From positions 288,001-352,000 of the forward strand of contig CAVRVY010000002.1 in assembly GCA_963724765.1 (NCBI GenBank): a stretch of DNA of 64,000 nucleotides. Direction: 5' to 3'. The stretch is from an uncultured delta proteobacterium. GTDB taxonomy: Bacteria > Desulfobacterota > Binatia > Binatales > Binataceae. The translations under genes and the position numbers were made by a program. The notes under the pieces were generated by a model that did not search any database, was not told the DNA's origin, and saw nothing but the letters and a program-made list of their open reading frames with translations. Below, piece after piece: positions 20,016 through 30,029 of this stretch. The stretch's first letter is position 1. Each line of letters opens with the position of its first letter.

Positions 20016-21032
20016 TCAGCCCGGATTGCGGCCTACGAAGAAATCGCCGTCCGGCTCGGGCCACGGATTGAGCCCGCATTGTTCGAGCGCGTTGCGCAAT
20101 GGCCGCAACTGCCGATCCACCAGGCGCATCGTAGGCTGCCGCAGCGGGCCGCCGTTGAAGCCCTGCAGCCAGCCCTGATATTTCCAAAGCATCCGGTGGA
20201 GAAAATTGGAGCCCGCCAGCAGCGACATCGCCTGGAGGTTCGCCAGCCGTGCCGGATGAATTTTCCAGAATAGCTTCATGGCCTCGGTGAACTCGCCGTC
20301 GTGCATCAAGGCGAACATTTTCGGTATGGTCGGGCCATAAAATTCGTAGTTGCTGGTGCCCATGAACTGGATTGGCACCAGCGATGCCAGCGGGATGCCG
20401 TCCCATTCCAGCGGCGAAGTTACGATCACCCGCTTGCCGAGCGTCTTATACACTTCGACGAATCCGCCGATAGTCGGCATGCCGCCTTCAGCTTTGATTG
20501 CGACGATGTTGGGTACGTCGTCGACCAACTTACGGATCAGATCGATCTCCATGCCGGCGGGATGAATCCGTTCGAAACCCCACAGCGGCACCGGGAACAA
20601 GATTACTCCCATGTCGGTCCCGTCGCAGAAGGCCCTGGTGTAGTTGTAGATGTCCTGGCTGGTGCGCGCGTAAAAGTTGGCCGGATATCCAAGCAGCACC
20701 AGTTCCGCGCCCGCCTCGTGCGCCGCGCGCGCGACCGCGATGTTCTGTGCCAGCGTGTTGAAGGACGCATGAAATATCAGATGCAGTCTGCCGCGCGCCT
20801 CATCCGCCGCCCACTGCGTAAATCGTATGTACTCCTCGGGGGTGGTCGCGGTTTCAGCGATCAGCAGGGCGCCCCAGAAGCCGTATTCGATCTCCTTGCG
20901 AATGTCGTAGCGAATAGCCTTTTCGTTGAGCGCGGTGAGATCCTCGGTAAACGTGGGATTCACTACGTTAGCCACTCCGCGCATGTTGGCCCACGCCCAA
21001 TCGCGCGCCTGCTTCTTGCTATAGTTTGCCAC
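20016..21032 (-). CDS. DHDPS/NAL-family lyase (possible NahE-like hydratase-aldolase)
   Basis: TIM-barrel pattern (AGAELVLLGYP, PNIVAIKAEGG with Schiff-base Lys, GGPLRQP); GTG start after GGAG. Confidence 0.8.
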   Translation of the reverse strand: MANYSKKQARDWAWANMRGVANVVNPTFTEDLTALNEKAIRYDIRKEIEYGFWGALLIAETATTPEEYIRFTQWAADEARGRLHLIFHASFNTLAQNIAVARAAHEAGAELVLLGYPANFYARTSQDIYNYTRAFCDGTDMGVILFPVPLWGFERIHPAGMEIDLIRKLVDDVPNIVAIKAEGGMPTIGGFVEVYKTLGKRVIVTSPLEWDGIPLASLVPIQFMGTSNYEFYGPTIPKMFALMHDGEFTEAMKLFWKIHPARLANLQAMSLLAGSNFLHRMLWKYQGWLQGFNGGPLRQPTMRLVDRQLRPLRNALEQCGLNPWPEPDGDFFVGRNPG

Positions 21033-21052
21033 CCACTTATCTCCGTCGGCGC

Positions 21053-21943
21053 TCAGGCGCCAGTTCTGTGATGCCCCCAGATGCTGCCGGTGCGATGCAA
21101 TCGCACCTGCCAGTCGCGATCGTCGACCGTCCGTGCGCCCCATCCGTACTCGACGCTGAAGCCCGAGGGTGTGCGCACGTAGAACGACAACATCCGGTCG
21201 TTGGTGTGGCGGCCCAGCGTGAGCTCGAGCGGCACGCCGCGCTGCTGGCAGAGGTCATAGGTCGCGCCTACGTCATCCAGCGACTCGAGCTGAAGCATGA
21301 AATGATGCAGCCGCTTAGGCATCCGCGCCTCCCAGAATGCAAGCGAGTGATGGCGCGGGTTGCAATGCAGGAAAGCGATGTTGAAGCGCGATTTAACGTC
21401 GCGCTCGGGCTGTGGCTGCACCCAGTCGCTCATTCGCATGCCCAAAATGTCGCGGTAGAACTGGAGGCTGCGCTGCATGTTGTCGACACCCATGGTGATG
21501 TGCCCAAGGCCCATACTCGAGGCGACAAAGCCGCCGATCGGCCGCGCCGGCTTAAATGGGATATCGATCCGGGTCAGCGGTCCGTAGAAAGCTTCTGACG
21601 CGATTCCGCTTGGGTCGCGGAATTTGATCAGCTCCACCACGCGGCGCGCCTCGGCTTCATCCGCCGTGCCGCGTTGCACTTCAATCCGGGCCGCGGTCAG
21701 CTGATCCGCCACGGCGCCCAACGCCCGTTCGTCGTCGACTTGCCAGCCGATCAGGTCGAGGTCGTCCTTGGCCCCTTGCTCGAATACGAAGCGGTATTGA
21801 TATTCATCCATGCGAAGCATCAAGGCGCCGTTTTCGTTGCTGCCCACGCTTTCGATTCCCAAAATTTGTGTGCCGAAGTTTTCCCACGCGTCAAGATTTG
21901 AGACCTTGAAGCCCAGGTATCCGAGTTGTGAAACGCTTGTCAT
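21053..21943 (-). CDS. Type I extradiol ring-cleavage dioxygenase (BphC/NahC/HsaC-like)
   Basis: LGYLGF, LRMDE, GLGHI, FLHCNPRHHSLA, LHHFMLQ and LGRHTNDRMLSFYVRTPSGFSVEYGWG. Confidence 0.95.
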   Translation of the reverse strand: MTSVSQLGYLGFKVSNLDAWENFGTQILGIESVGSNENGALMLRMDEYQYRFVFEQGAKDDLDLIGWQVDDERALGAVADQLTAARIEVQRGTADEAEARRVVELIKFRDPSGIASEAFYGPLTRIDIPFKPARPIGGFVASSMGLGHITMGVDNMQRSLQFYRDILGMRMSDWVQPQPERDVKSRFNIAFLHCNPRHHSLAFWEARMPKRLHHFMLQLESLDDVGATYDLCQQRGVPLELTLGRHTNDRMLSFYVRTPSGFSVEYGWGARTVDDRDWQVRLHRTGSIWGHHRTGA

Positions 21944-21979
21944 GATAGCCTTCCGCGATCGTGCGGAGAGCGGCTTCGC

Positions 21980-22777
21980 TCAAAACCCGAGCATCAAGCC
22001 GCCGTCCGCATAAATAATCTGCCCGGTAATATAATCGGCCGCTGCTCCAGTGAGGCACAGCACCGCGCGGCCGATGTCTTCGGGCTCGGCCCATCGCCCC
22101 ATCGGAATGCGTTTGGCGAATTCCGCGTCCGCGGCCTCGACCGAACCGCCGCCCAACTCGCTGCGTACCTTGAGCGAGCCCGGAGTTTTGACCGCGCCCG
22201 GCGCGATCGCGTTGACGGTGATTCCAAACTGCGCGTACTCAAGGGCGCTCGCTTTGGTTAATGCGTTGAGTCCGTATTTGCTGGCATCATAGTGCGCCAT
22301 ACCCAGATAGGTGCGCGCAGTATTGATAGTCGAAATGTTGATAATCCGCCCGCCCGCATTCCCCGCGATGATTCGCTCGGCGGCGTGCCGTGTGCAGAGA
22401 TAAGCGCCGCGAAGATTGACCCCCAGCGTGCGGTCCCAGGTCGCGGCATCGAGTTCGCGCAGGCGCTTCATGGGAAAAATTCCCGCGTTGTTTACCAGGA
22501 TGTCCAGCCGCTTGAAATGCGCGTAGACCCCGTGCACCAGCGCTTTCACCGATTCCTCGTCGGCCACGTCGGCCTGGATTGCGATCGCCCCACGGCCCCG
22601 CTTGCGCAACGCCTCGGCCACGGAATTCGCGCCCTCGAGGTCCATGTCCGCAATGGCGATTGAGGCGCCCGCCGCCGCCAGGGTCTCGGCGATACCGCGT
22701 CCGATCCCCTTGGCGCCGCCGGTAACCAGGGCGACCTTGGAAGTCAGATCGAACAGTTGCCCTACGCTCGGGTCCAT
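21980..22777 (-). CDS. SDR oxidoreductase (by context a cis-dihydrodiol dehydrogenase)
   Basis: TGGAKGIG, NNAG, YDASK and VNAIAPG. Confidence 0.9.
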   Translation of the reverse strand: MDPSVGQLFDLTSKVALVTGGAKGIGRGIAETLAAAGASIAIADMDLEGANSVAEALRKRGRGAIAIQADVADEESVKALVHGVYAHFKRLDILVNNAGIFPMKRLRELDAATWDRTLGVNLRGAYLCTRHAAERIIAGNAGGRIINISTINTARTYLGMAHYDASKYGLNALTKASALEYAQFGITVNAIAPGAVKTPGSLKVRSELGGGSVEAADAEFAKRIPMGRWAEPEDIGRAVLCLTGAAADYITGQIIYADGGLMLGF

Positions 22778-22817
22778 CGCCGATTCTCCGTGCCAATCCA
22801 ATTCAGCGGCAAGGCGT

Positions 22818-23315
22818 TCAGAAGAGCACCGTGATGTTCTCGATCACGTTATGGTCGAGCAGAATCATTCGTTCTTCGAGCTTCCACTCAGCGCCGTTTC
22901 GCCGCCAGGTATCCTCGCGGCAGCCGACGAACAGATTCTCTTCCCGGTTGCGGCGGCTTTTGAACACCAGGAAATTGGAGGCGGCTTTCACCGTATCCGC
23001 GTCCGGCGTTTCCAGCACCTGAACGTTGGTTATCAGATGACGCACGCGCGAAGGCGGTTCGTCGGCATGCGCGGCTCCGGTGCGAATCCGTGCGACGCGA
23101 AGTCTAAGGCCGTCCTTGTTGTCGTCGAAAAATGCCAGCCTGAGCGGCGGGCTGAAATCCTCTTTGCCCCGATTCATGTCGGCCCGCACCGGCGCCCAGT
23201 AATGAATGTTGTCACCGAGCAAATCCAACCACTGTTCGAGGCGGTCGTGATCGAGTAGCCAGGCCTCGCGATAGAGCAGGTCTTCGAACTGCTGTCGCAA
23301 ACCGACGCGGTCCAC
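22818..23315 (-). CDS. Aromatic ring-hydroxylating dioxygenase beta subunit
   Basis: LYREAWLLD, PPSRVRHLITNV, GCREDTWR and R.ILLD. Confidence 0.93.
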   Translation of the reverse strand: MDRVGLRQQFEDLLYREAWLLDHDRLEQWLDLLGDNIHYWAPVRADMNRGKEDFSPPLRLAFFDDNKDGLRLRVARIRTGAAHADEPPSRVRHLITNVQVLETPDADTVKAASNFLVFKSRRNREENLFVGCREDTWRRNGAEWKLEERMILLDHNVIENITVLF

Positions 23316-23317
23316 GG

Positions 23318-24592
23318 TTACGGTTTCTCCTTGCCCCTTTGGTCCGCCATCTGCCGGCGCCATCGTTCCCAAAAGCCGAACACGCTGATCTCGGTCGGCG
23401 GCGGATGGATCAGGCCGGGACGATCGGCGTCGGCCCGCTCATGCCCCGCGCCCATCTGATAGTTCAGGGGAAAACGCCGGCGGTACGCGCCTGCCGACGC
23501 TTCGGTGCAATACGACCACATCTCGCCATCGTCCTGCTCGAAAATTCCTCCCGGCGAAAAAGTGCGTATCTGGATATCGCGCGCGAGCTTCATTATTTCC
23601 GCCGGCGCGTCACGTTCGACCATCCCCCACGACCACGCATCAAGCCGCGTAGGCCCGCGCGGATTCCAGACTCGCACGGTCAAAAATCCCAGGAACGAAA
23701 GTACGGAGAAATTCGGGAACACGGTGCCCACGTGTACGCATCCGATTTGCTCGACCTGCGTGGGCGTCAGGCGGGTGCGCGCCTGTTCGCGCAGCCACGC
23801 CGTGTATGGGCCGACGACTTCCGCGATTCCCGGAGGGTCCGCGAAGGCAAAGTTTATCCAGCCATGACCTTCCCTGGTCTTGGCCTCCCAGTCGTTGGTC
23901 CATGGATGCTCACCGCCGAATTGTTGAGCAATCGAAGTACGTATACCACTCTCGTGCGCCCACATCGCGTGATAGTTATCGCCGCCAAATTGTTCGGCGG
24001 CAAACTTCCAGTTCGCCTTGAGCGTCCATTTGTGCGTACCCGGCAATGTCATCATCCCGCTCTCGGTGCGGTTGAACTGCATATCCAGGTACCAGCGAAA
24101 ATCCCCCAGGTACTCATCCAGCGTGACCGCATGCTCATCGAGGCAGGCGAAAATCAACCCGTGATAGGAAGCGACCTGTGGCGCCTGCAGCAAGGGCCAC
24201 TCCTCGCGTTCAAGATCTCCGTGGTAGGCCTTGCGGTAGTCAGGTACGCCAGTCAGCTTTCCCTCGAGATCGTAGGTCCATCCATGGTAGGGACATCGAA
24301 AGAATTTTGCGTTGCCTTCTTCTACCCGGCAGACCAGCATCCCGCGATGCCGGCAGGAGTTGAGGAACACGCGTATCTGTCGATCGGCGCCGCGACATAC
24401 AATAACCGGCTCCTCACCCATGAAGCCGGCAATGAAGTCGCCCGGGTTCGGAACCTGACTTTCATGCCCGACGTACAGCCAGCATCGCGTGAAGATCCGC
24501 TCCTGCTCCAACTGATGGACCTCAGGATCGGAAAAAACCCGCGGGCTGACGGTCTTGCGCTCGAGGTCTATTAATTTTTCTGAATCGATCAT
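23318..24592 (-). CDS. Rieske aromatic ring-hydroxylating dioxygenase alpha subunit
   Basis: Rieske CRHRG..CPYHGW; NWKFAAEQF.GDNYH...AH; FEQDDGE iron-ligand Asp. Confidence 0.96.
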   Translation of the reverse strand: MIDSEKLIDLERKTVSPRVFSDPEVHQLEQERIFTRCWLYVGHESQVPNPGDFIAGFMGEEPVIVCRGADRQIRVFLNSCRHRGMLVCRVEEGNAKFFRCPYHGWTYDLEGKLTGVPDYRKAYHGDLEREEWPLLQAPQVASYHGLIFACLDEHAVTLDEYLGDFRWYLDMQFNRTESGMMTLPGTHKWTLKANWKFAAEQFGGDNYHAMWAHESGIRTSIAQQFGGEHPWTNDWEAKTREGHGWINFAFADPPGIAEVVGPYTAWLREQARTRLTPTQVEQIGCVHVGTVFPNFSVLSFLGFLTVRVWNPRGPTRLDAWSWGMVERDAPAEIMKLARDIQIRTFSPGGIFEQDDGEMWSYCTEASAGAYRRRFPLNYQMGAGHERADADRPGLIHPPPTEISVFGFWERWRRQMADQRGKEKP

Positions 24593-24888
24593 CGCATGCG
24601 AACCAGGGGCTTGACTGAGATGCCTGCGAAAATGCCGCAAACTCGTCGCAGCATGTTACGCAAGGTATTGGATGATGAGCTACTTCCTTATCCGCCTGTA
24701 GTCAACCGCGCTATGGTGCTGCGCTTCGGCCGTCCCGCCGCCTCTTTGGGGGTAGGCGATTTTTCTTCTCGTTGCGTCCAAGGGCATCGCGCCGTGCGAG
24801 GTTGCCAGCGCGCGGCGAAGGCGTCATGCTTTGCGCCGCCTGGACGCGCGACCGCGTGCCCGCCACTTCGAGCGAGGAGGGATGCACG

Positions 24889-25923
24889 ATGAGCGAACGA
24901 ATGCTTCTGCCGACCACGGTGGTGGGCAGCTATCCGCAGCCCGACTGGCTAATCGACCGCGAAAATCTCGCCAAGCGCGCGCCGCCGCGGGTGCGTGCGC
25001 GCGAGGTTTGGCGAATCCCGCAGGCATGGCTCGAGCAGGCCCAGGACGACGCGACCATCGTTGCGATTCACGAGATGGAAAGCGCCGGTGTCGACATCAT
25101 CAGCGACGGCGAAATGCGCCGCGAGAGCTACTCGAACCGGCTCGCCAACGCGCTCGGCGGTGTCGACCGCGAGCGTCCGGGCAGCGCGATCAGCCGCAGC
25201 GGACGCGCCGACGTCGTGCCGCTGGTTTCGGGCCCGATTCGCAGGCTTGCGCCGGTCGAGTTGCGCGACCTCACCTTTCTGCGCGCGCACACCAAGCGCC
25301 GGGTGAAAATCACTCTGCCCGGGCCGTTCACGATGACCCAGCAGGCCGAGAACGCTTATTATCCCGACGAGGAATCGCTCGCGATGGCCTACGCGGAGGC
25401 GGTCAACGAAGAGATCAAGGACCTCTTCGCGGCCGGCGCCGACGTGGTGCAAATCGATGAGCCCTACATGCAGGCGCGTCCGGAGTTGGCGCGACAGTAC
25501 GGGCTCAAGGCGCTCAATCGCGCGCTTGCGGGGGTTACCGGGACGACCGCCGTGCACTTGTGCTTCGGCTACGCCTACATCATGAAGGACAAGCCAACCG
25601 GCTACTCGTTTTTGCCGGAACTGGAGAGCTGCCTCGCCGGCCAGATATCGATCGAGGCCGCGCAGCCCAAGCTCGATCTGTCGATTCTGAAGCAACTGCC
25701 CTCCAAGACCATCATCCTGGGCGTGCTCGATCTTAACGATCCGGCGGTCGAAAGCGCCGCGACGGTCGCCGGCCGTATCCGCGCGGCGCTCGAGTTCGTC
25801 GCGCCCGAGCGGCTGGTGATCGCGCCCGACTGCGGGATGAAATATATCCCGCGCGACGTCGCATTCGCGAAGCTGAGCGCGATGGTTGAAGGGGCGCGAA
25901 TCGTCCGCGCCGCTCTTGGCTGA
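24889..25923 (+). CDS. Cobalamin-independent methionine synthase II (short MetE-like) family protein
   Basis: TTVVGSYPQP, SDGEMRRESY, VQIDEP; Zn ligands HLCFG and PDCG. Confidence 0.9.
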   Translation: MSERMLLPTTVVGSYPQPDWLIDRENLAKRAPPRVRAREVWRIPQAWLEQAQDDATIVAIHEMESAGVDIISDGEMRRESYSNRLANALGGVDRERPGSAISRSGRADVVPLVSGPIRRLAPVELRDLTFLRAHTKRRVKITLPGPFTMTQQAENAYYPDEESLAMAYAEAVNEEIKDLFAAGADVVQIDEPYMQARPELARQYGLKALNRALAGVTGTTAVHLCFGYAYIMKDKPTGYSFLPELESCLAGQISIEAAQPKLDLSILKQLPSKTIILGVLDLNDPAVESAATVAGRIRAALEFVAPERLVIAPDCGMKYIPRDVAFAKLSAMVEGARIVRAALG

Positions 25924-25952
25924 CGCCGCGTGATGAGCGTGCTTGAGGAGGA

Positions 25953-27098
25953 ATGCCGATGAATCGCCGACTACTGCTCGCGGCCGCGATGCTGCTTAGC
26001 GTATCGTCAGCCTGGGCCATCCAGTTGCCTTCGGAACACACGATCGGTCGGATCGAAGCGGTGTTCGAGTTTCAGGGCGCGATGCCGACGGGTGTGAGCG
26101 TCGCGCCCAACGGACGCATCTTCGTAAACTTTCCGCGCTGGGGCGACGACGTGCCGTTCACGGTCGGTGAAATCCGCAACGGCCGTCTCTTTGCCTATCC
26201 CGACGCGGAGGTGAATCGCGCGGACAAGGCGCGCCCCGCCAAGACCTTCATCAGCGTGCAGAGCGTGGTGGCCGACGCGCGCAATCGGCTGTGGGTCCTG
26301 GACACCGCGGCGCCGAATTTCAGCGAACCGGCGCCGGGCGGCGCGAAACTCGTCGCCGTCGATCTCGCGACCAACCGGATCTCCGAGACGATCGTGTTTC
26401 CACCCGACGTCGCCCTGCCCAAAACCTATCTCAATGACGTGCGCTTCGACCTGCGCCAAGGCAAGGAGGGCGTCGCCTATATTACGGATTCCGGAACGGG
26501 AGCGCTGATCGTCGTGGACCTCGCCTCGGGCGAAGCCTGGCGCCGCCTCGCGAATCATCATTCGACCAAGGCTGATCCCGCATTCGTGCCAATCGTAGAG
26601 GGAGAGACGCTGATGGTGCGGCCGCCGAACGGTCCGCCGCAGCCGTTCGCCGTTCCTGCGGACGGAATCGCGCTGTCGGCCGACGGCGCGACACTTTACT
26701 ATTGCCCGCTGTCGAGCCGCCATCTGTTCAGCGTGCCCACGGCATACCTGCGCGATCGCTCGGTGCCGGAAGAGCAGGTCGCGGCGGCGGTGGCGGACCT
26801 CGGGGAAAAAGGAGCCTCCGACGGACTCGAGGCCGACGCGCAGGGCCGCATCTATGCCGGCGACTACGAGCACGACGCAATCCGCCGGCGTTTGCCTGAT
26901 GGGACCTGGGAGACGATCGTGCACGACCCGCGCGTGCTATGGCCGGATACGCTTTCGGTCGGGCCCGACGGCTGGCTCTACTTCACCGCTAATCAGTTGG
27001 AGCGCGGGGTGCGCTTCCACGGCGGCCACGACCTGCGGCAAAAGCCGTATACGCTGTTCCGGGTGAAGATCGGTGGGAGCCCGGTCGCTCTGAAGTGA
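25953..27098 (+). CDS. Secreted yellow / major-royal-jelly-protein family beta-propeller
   Basis: Signal peptide; GRIFVNFPRW, SVQSVV, LWVLDT, YLNDVRFD, AYITDSG and WPDT. Confidence 0.88.
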   Translation: MPMNRRLLLAAAMLLSVSSAWAIQLPSEHTIGRIEAVFEFQGAMPTGVSVAPNGRIFVNFPRWGDDVPFTVGEIRNGRLFAYPDAEVNRADKARPAKTFISVQSVVADARNRLWVLDTAAPNFSEPAPGGAKLVAVDLATNRISETIVFPPDVALPKTYLNDVRFDLRQGKEGVAYITDSGTGALIVVDLASGEAWRRLANHHSTKADPAFVPIVEGETLMVRPPNGPPQPFAVPADGIALSADGATLYYCPLSSRHLFSVPTAYLRDRSVPEEQVAAAVADLGEKGASDGLEADAQGRIYAGDYEHDAIRRRLPDGTWETIVHDPRVLWPDTLSVGPDGWLYFTANQLERGVRFHGGHDLRQKPYTLFRVKIGGSPVALK

Positions 27099-27139
27099 TG
27101 GCGCCGCGCGAGTCGCGATGAGCCGTCGCGCGGCTTCGC

Positions 27140-28591
27140 TCAGCCAGCGGCCAGCACCGCGCGCGCCTCCTGCTCGACCGCCGTTCCCTTGAAGAAATCG
27201 GGATTGTTGGCCGCCCACAGCCTGACCGGGTTGGCGAATACGAAATCGCGGAAGTCCGATTCACTTATCAGTTCTTCGTCCACCAGCTCCCAGGCCTCGG
27301 TCAGCACCTTGGTCATGTCCGGGACGTCGAAGTGGCCGATATCGGAGCCGAAGACCGCATTGAGCCGGGCGCGGTACGGGTTGGCCTTCGTATTGAAGGC
27401 CCATGCGTTGGCCGCGTCGTCCGCTTCGCAGCCGAAGTAAAAGTTGGGAATGAACAGATCGCGGATCTGGTCGGCGCGCTCGATCGCGCAGGCCTCGAAG
27501 TCGTCAAGCGACGCGGTGGGGTCGGCAGTCCGCGGGGAGTACGCCTCACCCTCGATTTTCCAGCGCTCCAGCTTGTCGGCGAGCGCCTTGCCGCCGTAGC
27601 GCTGGAACAACTGGGCCAGCATCTCGCGGTTGAGATTGGCGGGGTCGATGTCCTCGAGCGCCTTGGGGTTGCGTTTTTTCCAATGGCCGATCAGATCGCT
27701 GTAAAGCCCGCAGGCCCATCCCACGCCGCCCTCCAGGAAGGCGAACTTCAACTTCGGAAAGCGCCGCGTCACGCCGCCCAGGAACAGCGCCTTGCAGATA
27801 GCCTCGCCAGCCACGCCGAAGTGCCCGATATGGTTGTACACCGCGTTCGACGGCGAGATGCGCGTGCCGACGCCCTTGGAAACCGTGTGAAAGGTGGGCG
27901 CGACGCCAAGTTCCTGGCACTTCGCCCACACCGGGTCGTAGTCGTATTCGCTGTCAAGCGCGAGCATGTCGAGCCACAGCGCGTATGGATTGGGCTCGCC
28001 GCCGGGACCGACCGCCGCGCGAATCGGGCGGCGCAGCAGGCTCGGCATCATCGCGACCTTGAGCCCCAGGTTCTTGACCGCGTACTCCAGTTCGACGATC
28101 GCCTCCTTAGGCGTGTACATCGGAATCATCGCCACCGGCGTGAGCCGATCGCTGAACTCGCGGAACTGCTCGGCCGAGAACCGGTTAAACGCGCGACAGG
28201 TCGCCTTGCGCGTTTCCTCGTCCGCGATGAACGGGATGCGGAGCGCCGCGGTCGGATAAAGCACCGCGAAATCCATCCCCATCTCGCCGAGCCGCTGGTA
28301 CAGCAGCTTCGGCAGCATCGCGGTCGCGCGGTCGAGCGTGTTCCTGGTCGGCACGCCCCACCATATCGGCTGGTCCAGCCGGCGCTCGCGCCGTTCCTTG
28401 AGCGGGACGGTGAGATGCCATCCTTCGTAGGGCCGGTTCTTGAAGCCGTCGGCAGCCCGCGAACCTCCGACCTCCTTGAGGTAGTCCATCAGATCCGGTC
28501 CGAACTCGACCCAGTGGCCGTCGGAATCGATCACTGGATGTTTTAGACGAGCCCGCAGGGCAGCCGATTCGGAACCTTGATTCGTCGACAT
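27140..28591 (-). CDS. Amidohydrolase family 2 protein
   Basis: IDSDGH, YDPVWAKC.ELG..PTFH, FAFLEGG and FGSDIGH.D. Confidence 0.88.
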   Translation of the reverse strand: MSTNQGSESAALRARLKHPVIDSDGHWVEFGPDLMDYLKEVGGSRAADGFKNRPYEGWHLTVPLKERRERRLDQPIWWGVPTRNTLDRATAMLPKLLYQRLGEMGMDFAVLYPTAALRIPFIADEETRKATCRAFNRFSAEQFREFSDRLTPVAMIPMYTPKEAIVELEYAVKNLGLKVAMMPSLLRRPIRAAVGPGGEPNPYALWLDMLALDSEYDYDPVWAKCQELGVAPTFHTVSKGVGTRISPSNAVYNHIGHFGVAGEAICKALFLGGVTRRFPKLKFAFLEGGVGWACGLYSDLIGHWKKRNPKALEDIDPANLNREMLAQLFQRYGGKALADKLERWKIEGEAYSPRTADPTASLDDFEACAIERADQIRDLFIPNFYFGCEADDAANAWAFNTKANPYRARLNAVFGSDIGHFDVPDMTKVLTEAWELVDEELISESDFRDFVFANPVRLWAANNPDFFKGTAVEQEARAVLAAG

Positions 28592-28741
28592 CGTGGCGTC
28601 CTCCAGTTAGACCACGTCATCTAGCCGCAGCCGGGCCACGCTGTCCAGACTAGCGGGCCCTCGTGGAACTCCACAGCGAGCGCAAGCTGTGATACATGGA
28701 GCTCACGCGGCAAACGCGAATCGGCTCGGGAGAGGACAAGC

Positions 28742-29968
28742 ATGACTGGCGCAGATTCAAATTCCGCGATGCTCGCGGGATGCCGGGTTCTCGATTTTAC
28801 CCAGTACCTGGCCGGGCCCACGGTGACCCGGCTGATGGCCGAGATGGGCGCCGACATCATCAAGGTGGAGCTGGCGCCGCTGGGCGATCCGTCGCGGCTG
28901 CTGCCGACGATCAAAAGCGGCCGCAGCGGTTATTTCGTCCAGCAAAATCGGGGCAAGAAAAGCCTCTGCCTGGACCTCAATAAGCCGGAATCGCTCGAGA
29001 TCCTTCGCGCGCTGGTAGCCAAAGTGGATATCGTGGTCGAGAACTTCGGCCCCGGCGTGATGCAAAAGCGCGGCCTGGACTACGATTCGCTCAAGCTAAT
29101 CAATCCGCGCCTCATAATGGCTTCGCTCTCGGCCTTCGGGCGCAAGAGTCCACTCGCGCACAAGACCGGCTACGACATGATCGCGCAGGCTTTTTCCGGC
29201 ATGATGCACATGACTGGCGAGCCCGACGGGGCTCCGACTTTCGTCGGAATCGGCGTCGCCGACACGGGGAGTGGAGTACATACTTTCGCCGCACTGGGAT
29301 ACGCACTGTATAATCGAGAGAGAACCGGCGTCGGACAGTATATAGACATCGCGATGGTCGATACCCTCTACCACATGCACGATTTTGGCTTGCAGAGCAA
29401 TTCCATCACCGATGGCGAGTTCATTCCCAAACGGATGGGCCGCTATCACAACCAGATTTGCCCCGCCGGAGTCTATAAGGGGCCGCAGGGCTGGATATTC
29501 ATCCTGGTGCTCGATCGCCAGTGGGCGAGTATGACTAACGCGATGGGCCGGCCGGAGCTTCGCGACGATCCGCGTTTCGCCACTGGCGCGGATCGGGTGA
29601 AGAACCGCGACGCGCTCAATGCGATCGTCGAGGAATGGCTGGCGTCGCTGCCCAGTGACGATGCCGCGGTGGCTGTGCTCGAGGAAAACCGCGTCGCCTG
29701 CGCCCCTGTGCTCTCGGTCACTGACACGATGAAGCATCCGTACTTCAAGGCGCGCGACATGGTACGCAAGGTGCGCGATCCGATCCTAGGGGAGGTGACG
29801 ATTCCCGGCTTTCCGTTGAAATTTTCGGCTTATCCGGATTTGCCGGACATCCAGGCTCCGCTTTTGGGCGAGCATGGCGCACAGGTGCTCAAGGAAGTGC
29901 TGGACTACTCCGACGAGCGGATTGCCAAGCTCAAGGAGGGCAAAATCCTATTCAGCGGTAATCGATAG
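28742..29968 (+). CDS. CaiB/BaiF family III CoA-transferase
   Basis: VLDFTQYLAGP, NRGKKSLCLDL, VENFGPG and GYDMIAQA.SG. Confidence 0.95.
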   Translation: MTGADSNSAMLAGCRVLDFTQYLAGPTVTRLMAEMGADIIKVELAPLGDPSRLLPTIKSGRSGYFVQQNRGKKSLCLDLNKPESLEILRALVAKVDIVVENFGPGVMQKRGLDYDSLKLINPRLIMASLSAFGRKSPLAHKTGYDMIAQAFSGMMHMTGEPDGAPTFVGIGVADTGSGVHTFAALGYALYNRERTGVGQYIDIAMVDTLYHMHDFGLQSNSITDGEFIPKRMGRYHNQICPAGVYKGPQGWIFILVLDRQWASMTNAMGRPELRDDPRFATGADRVKNRDALNAIVEEWLASLPSDDAAVAVLEENRVACAPVLSVTDTMKHPYFKARDMVRKVRDPILGEVTIPGFPLKFSAYPDLPDIQAPLLGEHGAQVLKEVLDYSDERIAKLKEGKILFSGNR

Positions 29969-30029
29969 CTTCACATCATACGATGTTTATGGAGTCGTGA
30001 ACCAAGAATACACTTTCGACTTGGAAGAA

